From positions 3,040,001-3,104,000 of the forward strand of contig CAXXJJ010000004.1 of NCBI GenBank assembly GCA_963667015.2: a stretch of DNA of 64,000 nucleotides, given 5' to 3'. The translations under genes were made by a program, and so were the position numbers. Origin of the DNA: Desulfatiglandales bacterium. Lineage in GTDB: Bacteria; Desulfobacterota; DSM-4660; Desulfatiglandales; HGW-15. This document shows positions 51,421 through 59,233 of this stretch, one piece after another; the first letter of the stretch is position 1; each line of letters begins with the position of its first letter. The notes under the pieces were generated by a model. The model did no database searches and was not told where the DNA came from. It saw only the letters and a list, made by a program, of their open reading frames with translations.

Positions 51421-53725
51421 TTGCGACACGATGTCGCATAATCATATGTGTTGACCATGAGGTTACACCATACATGGCAACACCTGGAGCGTCCCCTCCA
51501 GTCCCCTACACGGGCATGCTGCTGTTGCGCGTATGACAGAGTGTGAAGCCCCGTGGACAAAGTACCGAAACGGGTTCAAATGGTGACAGGCGAACCCATC
51601 CCGGAGCTCTACCGGGTTAAGGGCGAGGGCTGGATAATATGGTGAGATTAATCAAAGACCTTAAGCGTCGTCATAAAAGTCTAGACCTACGAGAGCTAAC
51701 TTCCTGACTTCAGGATAAAGGTCGAAGATCTATCCCTCTGGGCGGATAGATGTGGTGTGGTCATGGGTTTCTAACGTGCCCATGCGGGAACACAAGCCAT
51801 CGGCGTACAGGTACCACCTAAGTTATTCATTTAAGGTGATTATGCGGAACGTGGAAAAGCCGGCAGTCCGCCATGTCACGCAATGCATGGCAAGCTAACC
51901 GTATAAGGCAAGCCCATGGAGGGTCGGCAATGAGAGGTCGGAACAAGCAAATGCCTTCCTGTAGCGGGAAGGATACTGCATGAAACATGGCAGTCCTAAA
52001 AGGTAGAAGGAGTCAAAGGAATACCGAAATGGGGGCAGACATCCGACTGGTGTTTCCTTGCGAGATAATCTGGAGAACCGTTGTAGATGAGAAAGCAAAA
52101 GACAGCTTCGGCTGGTGCACTCAAAAGCCAAGATAAGAAGTCAGACTCCGCATGCTGGAACAGCGTGGACTGGACAGCAGAGCGGAAAAAGGTTAGACGG
52201 CTGCAGATGCGTATCGCAAAGGCTACGCAGGAAGGCAGATGGAATAAGGTTAAATCATTACAATATCTGCTCACACGCTCAAGAGCTGCCAAGCTTCTGG
52301 CAGTAAAAAGAGTGACTACTAATAAGGGTAAGAAAACACCCGGCATTGACGGCATCTTATGGAAAGGCGCCAAAACCAAATGGCAGGCTGCTAACAGCCT
52401 GCACAAAAGAGGTTACAGACCTCAACCGCTTAGAAGGACGTATATTTCTAAAAAGAGAAGTAAAAAGAAACGTCCTTTAAGTATACCTACAATGTATGAC
52501 AGGGCAATGCAGGCATTGTACAAACTTGCTTTAGCTCCTATAGCAGAAACATTAGCTGACCGCAACTCATATGGATTTAGAGAGGGGCGGAGCTGTGCCG
52601 ATGCAGTAGGAGCGGCATTCAATGCCTTAAACAAGCCAAACTCCGCAACGTGGGTGCTTGAAGCCGACATTGAAGGATGTTTTGACAACATATCGCATGA
52701 GTGGATGCTGGCAAACATCCCAATGGATAAAGAAATACTGGCCAAGTGGTTGAAGGCAGGATTTGTGGAAAAAGGGATAAGATATCCAACCCGAAGAGGA
52801 ACACCACAGGGAGGTATTATAAGCCCTACGTTAATGAATATGGTTCTGGACGGACTGGAAGAAGCTGTACATAAATCAGTCCCGCGTAGATCCAGAGTAA
52901 ATTTTATTCGTTATGCGGATGATTTTATCATCACAGGGAAATCCAGAAGGCTTTTAGAAAAACAGGTAAAGCCGGCGGTCGTAGAATTCTTAAGAGAAAG
53001 AGGATTAAATCTCTCTGAGCAAAAGACTGCCATCACACATATCCGGGACAGTTTTATGTTTCTGGGACAAACATTCCGGAAACACGGCAAGACATTGCAC
53101 ATAAGGCCTTCAAAAGAGGGCGTAGAATCATTGATACAACGCCTCGGCGGAATAATCCGCAAATACGTCAGTGCACCAATGCCTGCCATGATAAAGGAAC
53201 TGAACTCTGTACTTCGAGGTTGGGGCAACTACCATCGTCATGTAGTAGCCGGAGCATCATTTTATCGTATTGACGGTTATGTCTATGACCAGTTATGGAG
53301 AATGCTCAGAAAACGCCATCCAAGAAAGTCAAAGAAATGGCTTGTTAAGAAGTACTGGATGGTAGATGGTAAAAAATGGGTATTTTCCGCAGTAGGTAAA
53401 ACTACGCTGGGGAAGAAAGTCTACAGCGTTTTACGCTTAGGCCATTTGGGCATTAAAAGGCATATTAAAATCAAGGCAGACGCTAATCCTTACCTTAAGA
53501 AGTACGCCGGTTACTTTTGGCAACGCAGGCATGATAAGGAGAAGCGATTATTACCAGCCTTGACGGCAAAAGCCAATCGTGCGATTTTATACGCTAATTA
53601 GTGGGAAACGTAGTCGGGGCGTTCCAGAAGATCGTCCTTGTGAAATGCTTGAGCCGTATGATGGGAAACTATCACGTACGTTTCTTAGGGGGGAAAGGGG
53701 CTGAGAAGCCCTTGCCCTACCCGGT
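51421..53725 (+). mobile_element. Group II intron (IIB, class E-like), 2305 nt
   Basis: 5' TTGCGACACG; D5 GAGCCGTATGATGGGAAACTATCACGTACGTTTC (53651-53684); D6 ending ACCCGGT; EBS1 loop CTAACG at 51771-51776; internal RT ORF. Confidence 0.9.
52087..53601 (+). CDS. ltrA: Group II intron reverse transcriptase/maturase, no HNH endonuclease domain
   Basis: RVT_N (VDW..VRRLQMRIAKA), TPGIDG, GFREGRS, GTPQGG, RYADDF and maturase LRGWGNY motifs. Confidence 0.95.
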   Translation: MRKQKTASAGALKSQDKKSDSACWNSVDWTAERKKVRRLQMRIAKATQEGRWNKVKSLQYLLTRSRAAKLLAVKRVTTNKGKKTPGIDGILWKGAKTKWQAANSLHKRGYRPQPLRRTYISKKRSKKKRPLSIPTMYDRAMQALYKLALAPIAETLADRNSYGFREGRSCADAVGAAFNALNKPNSATWVLEADIEGCFDNISHEWMLANIPMDKEILAKWLKAGFVEKGIRYPTRRGTPQGGIISPTLMNMVLDGLEEAVHKSVPRRSRVNFIRYADDFIITGKSRRLLEKQVKPAVVEFLRERGLNLSEQKTAITHIRDSFMFLGQTFRKHGKTLHIRPSKEGVESLIQRLGGIIRKYVSAPMPAMIKELNSVLRGWGNYHRHVVAGASFYRIDGYVYDQLWRMLRKRHPRKSKKWLVKKYWMVDGKKWVFSAVGKTTLGKKVYSVLRLGHLGIKRHIKIKADANPYLKKYAGYFWQRRHDKEKRLLPALTAKANRAILYAN

Positions 53726-53754
53726 CGTGCTGAAAAGCAGAAAGGAGATCAAAA

Positions 53755-54174
53755 ATGAAAGTGCATCACAGTAAACATTCAAAAAAGAATTCCTCTGCTT
53801 CAATAGTTATACTGATTGTGATCGGTCTAATATTCTCCATTTTAACAGCTTGTTCAAAAGAAGAAAAAGCTGAAAGGCAGGATGATATGAAAACTAAAGA
53901 TACATCAAAAACTCTCCAGCGTGTTAATGCGGATAAAATTGAAATTACAATTGATATTACAAAGGAAGGTGAAATATGTATCCAAGGTGAACAATTTAAT
54001 TTAGATTCTATTCAGCACAAGATAGATGACTTCAAGAATGAATACCCCGATGGACGCATAGTTATCGGTGGTGATATGGATGCTCATAATACAAAAATAA
54101 TGAAAGATGTGATTGACCTAGCCCGTGCAGCTAATGTTAAAATTGTAGTTGTAGCAGTAGAAAAAGAGAATTAA
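53755..54174 (+). CDS. Cassette: lipoprotein with ExbD/TolR-like periplasmic domain
   Basis: Lipobox LTAC; ITIDITKEGEI, IVIGGD and DVIDLARAA motifs. Confidence 0.7.
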   Translation: MKVHHSKHSKKNSSASIVILIVIGLIFSILTACSKEEKAERQDDMKTKDTSKTLQRVNADKIEITIDITKEGEICIQGEQFNLDSIQHKIDDFKNEYPDGRIVIGGDMDAHNTKIMKDVIDLARAANVKIVVVAVEKEN

Positions 54175-54266
54175 ATTCAAAAAACATAGTATTCAAAAAG
54201 CATCAAATCTTTAAAAGTCAGTAATTGAAAGTAAGCATTCAAAAACAAACTAAACAGGTTGGCGGC

Positions 54267-54401
54267 AGCCAACCAGTGCATCTACAAGGACCGTGCTATT
54301 TTTTCAGCTTTTTTTAAGGTCATCTGCAAACCACAAACCTTCGTGCATTTAATATGGTAAGTAGGCTTGCACCGCCCGGCCTGTAATGCTTTTCGTTATG
54401 C
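54267..54401 (+). other. attC site 5
   Basis: AGCCAAC-CAGT-GCATCTACA...TGTAATGC-TTTTC-GTTATGC with extrahelical base. Confidence 0.78.
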
Positions 54402-54419
54402 TTTTAAAAAGAGGATGAA

Positions 54420-55067
54420 ATGTTTTCTCACTTAAAGAGTATTGTTGATTTGATCCGTTCTGGAATTATCGAATTCTCAAAATTTCAATCAGTTAAAGAA
54501 CGGAATAAATCAGTTCTGAATATCCTAAAAGTTTACTTTTTTCTAAAAGATTGCGTTGATGATGGAGAAAAACTCATTACAGCCACTGGTAACAATCCAG
54601 TTGATAAAATATCTTCAATAGGAAACGATGAAGCAATTAGTGTTATTGCAGAATGGGATAATATATTGCGAAAACAAGGTATTCGTCTATACTCCTTGCA
54701 AGGTTATATATGTGGTCAAGATCATCTATCTGTAATTAATCCAAAGCTCCAAAAACAAATCAACGAAGTCATTGGTTACAAAATGGATCGTATTCTGACT
54801 CTTCATGGTATTGGTTCAGCACTAGTTATGCGAAATATTTTTCCAATAGAAGAGTCAAACGAGGAGAAAGCTAGGCTCATAACCTTAATGGCAGGAGTTA
54901 AAGATGGTGATTTATTAGATTTGGAAAAAATAACTGCTGAAATTACAGCGTTAAGATCATCACTCGACGATTATAGAACTGTAGTCGAACGCCTCGTTAC
55001 AGATAAAGAATTAGTATCATTATCTAAAAAAGCACGAAAAGAAACTTTGATACCAGATTTAGCATAA
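54420..55067 (+). CDS. Cassette: hypothetical protein
   Basis: 215 aa; RBS GAGG; stop codon lies inside R'' GCATAAC. Confidence 0.8.
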   Translation: MFSHLKSIVDLIRSGIIEFSKFQSVKERNKSVLNILKVYFFLKDCVDDGEKLITATGNNPVDKISSIGNDEAISVIAEWDNILRKQGIRLYSLQGYICGQDHLSVINPKLQKQINEVIGYKMDRILTLHGIGSALVMRNIFPIEESNEEKARLITLMAGVKDGDLLDLEKITAEITALRSSLDDYRTVVERLVTDKELVSLSKKARKETLIPDLA

Positions 55068-55124
55068 CAAAGGTTTCAACGCCGACAAGGCGTTCGGCCT
55101 TGCCGGTTAAACCTGTCGTTCGGT
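55062..55124 (+). other. attC site 6
   Basis: GCATAAC-AAAGGTTTCAAC..CAAGGC/GCCTTG..GTTAAACCT-GTC-GTTCGGT. Confidence 0.88.
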
Positions 55125-55162
55125 ATTTCTTGATTATATTAAAATTCAATGGAAAAAATAAA

Positions 55163-55933
55163 ATGAGAAAATACTTAATCGAAAAAATATTGCCAAATAT
55201 TATCGCTATTTGCTTAGTAAGTTCTTTAGCATATTTATTACTTTTGATAAGAAGTCCAGATTCGATTAGTGATGAATTTATTTCGAATCTAATTGCAGCG
55301 TCAGCAATTACTTTATTATTAGTTGTAGGATTTTCTTTTATAAAATTTACTCGTCATAGAAGTTTTCTATCTTCTTTACTTGCGCTAGGGTTTAGAGATG
55401 TGTTCAGCTCAAGAGATGAGTTGACCGCACATATATCTTTAAATCATATTTTTAATAACATAAGGAGCAATTCTGATCTATTCATCGCTGCTAGGTCTGC
55501 CTTAACTTGGTCACTTGATTATCAAAATTTAGAAAAGATAATAAATGAAAAGAACATTAAAGTTACTTTTGTGATAGCTGATCCCAACCTAAATATGGAT
55601 AATTCACCAATAAAAGATGATCATGGAAAGGATGATATTATAGGTTCTTTAAAAAGGTTGAATAGGATACAAGTTCAGAGTGGAAGTATTGGAAATCTAA
55701 GAATATATCTTATTCCAACATTTCTTCTATCATCATTCGTTTTTTATGAAGATACAAAGAAAGGGGAAACAGGGGTATTAGAATTTGGGGCAGATATGAG
55801 CAGTGATGAACGACCAACTATAATCCTTAATGAAGGATATTTTCTGAAATATATAAAAAAAATTTATTGGAAAATTACTGAAAAAAGAGACCCTATTGAC
55901 AATCTTAGTAGCTACCTTAAAATGTTTGACTAG
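55163..55933 (+). CDS. Cassette: 2-TM protein with soluble C-terminal domain of unknown function
   Basis: Two N-terminal hydrophobic helices followed by an alpha/beta domain (VTFVIADPN). Confidence 0.7.
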   Translation: MRKYLIEKILPNIIAICLVSSLAYLLLLIRSPDSISDEFISNLIAASAITLLLVVGFSFIKFTRHRSFLSSLLALGFRDVFSSRDELTAHISLNHIFNNIRSNSDLFIAARSALTWSLDYQNLEKIINEKNIKVTFVIADPNLNMDNSPIKDDHGKDDIIGSLKRLNRIQVQSGSIGNLRIYLIPTFLLSSFVFYEDTKKGETGVLEFGADMSSDERPTIILNEGYFLKYIKKIYWKITEKRDPIDNLSSYLKMFD

Positions 55934-55953
55934 TATTAATAAATAAAATCGGT

Positions 55954-56017
55954 ACCGAACAATTTGCTCCAGGTGACAGCGTAAAAACCACGCTGCTCCT
56001 GAGCAACAACGTTAAAA
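55954..56017 (+). other. attC site 7
   Basis: ACCGAAC-AATTTGCTCCAGG..CAGCGT/ACGCTG..CCTGAGCAA-CAAC-GTTAAAA. Confidence 0.88.
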
Positions 56018-56251
56018 GCTGAAATGGTGGTAATAAAAAAGCCATCATTAATGGTATTTGGGGAAATAGGAAATATTTCCTGAATCCCCAAATGGCAGTA
56101 TCAAAAATAAAAATCCGGGCTGAATTCATTCCTATTCAGGAAAAAAGGCAAGTTGCCATAATTCCTAAATAGAAAATAAAAATGGAAATTAAGTCGTAAT
56201 AATAACTGGTTGTACTAAATACAAAGTCGGTAAATAGCAGGCAAAATCGGC

Positions 56252-56297
56252 TTTTAACCTGGCGTTCAAGGGGACCCGGCTACTATATCGCCGGGCA
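56252..56297 (+). other. attC site 8, left arm only (truncated by Y1 element)
   Basis: TTTTAAC is complementary to GTTAAAA at 56011; homologous to attC4 left arm; ends at the GTGAAGGGGGAC repeats. Confidence 0.72.
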
Positions 56298-56338
56298 GTG
56301 AAGGGGGACGGGGCAGTGAAGGGGGACGTCCTTTAACA

Positions 56339-57447
56339 GTGAAGGGGGACGTCCTTTAATAATAAAATAACTTGATATATTAAAGTATTACAAGTAAGAT
56401 TCGATAATGCCAAGAACAGCCAGATTAGATACTCCCGGCCTATTACACCATATTATGGTAAGGGGAATAGAACGCCGGAAGATATTCAAAGATGATAAAG
56501 ACCGTGATAACTTTATTGAACGGCTCTCTATTCTTCTACCGGAAACAATGACTCAATGCTATGCTTGGGTATTTATGCCGAATCATGTCCATATGCTGTT
56601 AAAAAGCGGCCCATCTGGTATTTCCACCTTAATGAGAAGACTGTTAACAGGATATGCAATTTATTTTAACAGAAGGCACAAGCGTCACGGACAACTATTT
56701 CAGAACAGGTATAAATCCATCATATGTCAGGAAGACACATATTTACAGGAATTGGTTCGATATATTCATCTAAATTCTCTAAGGGCTAAAATTGTTAAAG
56801 ACCTTAATGAACTGGATAAGTATCCCTACTGTGGTCACAGTATGATAATGGGAGTAGTAAAAAGAGAGTGGCAGAATATTGAATATGTTCTGGGATATTT
56901 TGGTAAAAGAATCGGTTCCTCTCGAAAGAAGTACCGATCTTACATTGAAGAAGGAATTTCAATGGGAAGGAAGCCGGAATTAGTTGGTGGCGGCCTAATA
57001 AGAAGTATGGGAGGATGGGATGAAATAAAGAAGGTGCGTTTGACCGGTCAGGACCGAATTAAGAGTGATCAACGAATATTAGGGGAGAGTGATTTTGTAA
57101 TGGAAGTCCTTTCCGAATCGGAAGAAAATCTAACGCAAAAATATGAACTTAAGAGCCGCGGATATAATTTTGAAAAAGTTCTCGAAAGAGTATCATTAAC
57201 ATTTGAATTGGAAGAGGACTACATAACCGGAAAAGGCCGGCAACAGGACAGGGTCAAAGCCAGGGATTTGTTGTGCTACTGGTGTGCTATTAAGCTGGGA
57301 ATGTCGATGGCGGAATTGGCGAAAAGGCTTGAGCTTACTATTGCGGCAGTTAGCTGTGCGGTAAGACGCGGGGAGAAAACAGCAAAAGATGATAATTATA
57401 TATTAGAAGATTATGTTATTTGATTATTAAAGGACGTCCCGCTTTCC
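56339..57447 (+). mobile_element. 1109-bp Y1/RAYT-like element with terminal inverted repeats, copy 1
   Basis: GTGAAGG-GGGACGTCCTTTAATAAT ... ATTATTAAAGGACGTCCC-GCTTTCC; repeated at 57835-58943. Confidence 0.88.
56407..57423 (+). CDS. Y1 HUH transposase (RAYT-like) with C-terminal HTH
   Basis: MPRTAR, HHIMVRG, MPNHVH (HUH), GQLFQNRY and RYIHLN motifs. Confidence 0.9.
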   Translation: MPRTARLDTPGLLHHIMVRGIERRKIFKDDKDRDNFIERLSILLPETMTQCYAWVFMPNHVHMLLKSGPSGISTLMRRLLTGYAIYFNRRHKRHGQLFQNRYKSIICQEDTYLQELVRYIHLNSLRAKIVKDLNELDKYPYCGHSMIMGVVKREWQNIEYVLGYFGKRIGSSRKKYRSYIEEGISMGRKPELVGGGLIRSMGGWDEIKKVRLTGQDRIKSDQRILGESDFVMEVLSESEENLTQKYELKSRGYNFEKVLERVSLTFELEEDYITGKGRQQDRVKARDLLCYWCAIKLGMSMAELAKRLELTIAAVSCAVRRGEKTAKDDNYILEDYVI

Positions 57448-57465
57448 GTTAACAAACCTTAAAAT

Positions 57466-57554
57466 CACTAACCCACAAATTAACAAGACCGCGGAGGGTC
57501 CATTTTGTTTTTCACGAAGCATCACGGCGCGGCTTGTTATTTGTCCCGTTGTGT
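57466..57554 (+). other. attC site 9
   Basis: CACTAAC-CCA-CAAATTAACAAG..CCGCG/CGCGG..CTTGTTATTTG-TCCC-GTTGTGT. Confidence 0.8.
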
Positions 57555-57567
57555 TGCATAGAATAAA

Positions 57568-57834
57568 ATGAAACATACACTTTTAATAATAATTTTTGCA
57601 TGCCTCATTGCATGCTGTAACAACCAAAATGATGCAAGTTCATTTTCATCAAAATGGAAATCATCTTCTATTGAAGATCGAGCTGCAATTGCAGATGCAA
57701 ATAAAATGTATGAATACCTCAAAGGAAAATCAAAAGAAGAAGTTAAAATATTCCTTGGAGAACCGGACAAATTAGATGAGTTTGGAGACTCAATATACAT
57801 TATTGGTAAAAATAAATCAGGTGACTTAGTATAT
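57568..57834 (+). pseudogene. Cassette lipoprotein (SmpA/BamE-like) truncated by element copy 2
   Basis: Lipobox IACC and GKSKEEVKIFLGEPD motif; ORF reads into the element end. Confidence 0.7.
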
Positions 57835-58943
57835 GTGAAGGGGGACGTCCTTTAATAATAAAATAACTTGATATATTAAAGTATTACAAGTAAGATTCGA
57901 TAATGCCAAGAACAGCCAGATTAGATACTCCCGGCCTATTACACCATATTATGGTAAGGGGAATAGAACGCCGGAAGATATTCAAAGATGATAAAGACCG
58001 TGATAACTTTATTGAACGGCTCTCTATTCTTCTACCGGAAACAATGACTCAATGCTATGCCTGGGTATTTATGCCGAATCATGTCCATATGCTGTTAAAA
58101 AGCGGCCCATCTGGTATTTCCACCTTAATGAGAAGACTGTTAACAGGATATGCAATTTATTTTAACAGAAGGCACAAGCGTCACGGACAACTATTTCAGA
58201 ACAGGTATAAATCCATCATATGTCAGGAAGACACATATTTACAGGAATTGGTTCGATATATTCATCTAAATTCTCTAAGGGCTAAAATTGTTAAAGACCT
58301 TAATGAACTGGATAAGTATCCCTACTGTGGTCACAGTATGATAATGGGAGTAGTAAAAAGAGAGTGGCAGAATATTGAATATGTTCTGGGATATTTTGGT
58401 AAAAGAATCGGCTCCTCTCGAAAGAAGTACCGATCTTACATTGAAGAAGGAATTTCAATGGGAAGGAAGCCGGAATTAGTTGGTGGCGGCCTAATAAGAA
58501 GTATGGGAGGATGGGATGAAATAAAGAAGGTGCGTTTGACCGGTCAGGACCGAATTAAGAGTGATCAACGAATATTAGGGGAGAGTGATTTTGTAATGGA
58601 AGTCCTTTCCGAATCGGAAGAAAATCTAACGCAAAAATATGAACTTAAGAGCCGCGGATATAATTTTGAAAAAGTTCTCGAAAGAGTATCATTAACATTT
58701 GAATTGGAAGAGGACTACATAACCGGAAAAGGCCGGCAACAGGACAGGGTCAAAGCCAGGGATTTGTTGTGCTACTGGTGTGCTATTAAGCTGGGAATGT
58801 CGATGGCGGAATTGGCGAAAAGGCTTGAGCTTACTATTGCGGCAGTTAGCTGTGCGGTAAGACGCGGGGAGAAAACAGCAAAAGATGATAATTATATATT
58901 AGAAGATTATGTTATTTGATTATTAAAGGACGTCCCGCTTTCC
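57835..58943 (+). mobile_element. 1109-bp Y1/RAYT-like element, copy 2
   Basis: Same termini as copy 1; only two synonymous T/C differences noticed by eye; right end duplicated at 58950-58971. Confidence 0.88.
57903..58919 (+). CDS. Y1 HUH transposase (RAYT-like), protein identical to copy 1
   Basis: 338 aa, identical translation. Confidence 0.9.
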   Translation: MPRTARLDTPGLLHHIMVRGIERRKIFKDDKDRDNFIERLSILLPETMTQCYAWVFMPNHVHMLLKSGPSGISTLMRRLLTGYAIYFNRRHKRHGQLFQNRYKSIICQEDTYLQELVRYIHLNSLRAKIVKDLNELDKYPYCGHSMIMGVVKREWQNIEYVLGYFGKRIGSSRKKYRSYIEEGISMGRKPELVGGGLIRSMGGWDEIKKVRLTGQDRIKSDQRILGESDFVMEVLSESEENLTQKYELKSRGYNFEKVLERVSLTFELEEDYITGKGRQQDRVKARDLLCYWCAIKLGMSMAELAKRLELTIAAVSCAVRRGEKTAKDDNYILEDYVI

Positions 58944-59052
58944 ACTTTTTAAAGGACGTCCCGCTTTCCACAGTAAGGCAAATGTGGTATTGAAATCGGC
59001 GAAATTGATGAAAACCGGACAGACCTGTCCAATAAACCCTGTTGTCATTTTT

Positions 59053-59127
59053 AAAAAATCAGGAAGAATAGACTTCAGGATATTCTGGGTCTGAATAAAG
59101 CCATTTTTCAGAATCAGGATGTGTTTG
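59053..59127 (-). mobile_element. IS91-like transposase 3'-end remnant (75-bp repeat, copy 1)
   Basis: 72/75 identical to 62050-62124; minus strand encodes HPDSEKWLYSDPEYPEVYS. Confidence 0.55.
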
Positions 59128-59179
59128 CGAGGATAAATAGAAGGTATCTGAAGTCACATAATTTTTCCTTTTAAGAAAA

Positions 59180-59202
59180 AACGGCCCCTTTCAGGGGCCG
59201 TT
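59180..59202 (-). terminator. Intrinsic terminator
   Basis: AACGGCCCC-TTTCA-GGGGCCGTT with U-tract on the minus strand. Confidence 0.7.
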
Positions 59203-59233
59203 ACCATACTCCAGATTTTATTGCCGAACTTGA

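Larger units (their letters stand above)
48573..57835 (+). mobile_element. Integron gene-cassette array with no integrase in the window (CALIN-like)
   Basis: Co-oriented AT-rich ORFs, each followed by an xxxxAAC...GTTxxxx imperfect palindrome; cassette ends complementary (GTTATGC/GCATAAC, GTTCGGT/ACCGAAC, GTTAAAA/TTTTAAC). Confidence 0.88.

Noticed and set aside
52087..53601. RT as retron, DGR or defence-associated RT
   Set aside because: The maturase domain and flanking D5/D6 and EBS1 structures identify a group II intron; no TR/VR pair or msr-msd was seen.
55917..56129. 70-aa minus-strand ORF as the gene of the empty cassette
   Set aside because: It runs through attC7 into the neighbouring gene and has no protein-like motif.
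56293..56359. Short repeats resembling a mini-CRISPR array
   Set aside because: The units are adjacent duplications of an element end with no unique spacers, and there are no cas genes in the window.
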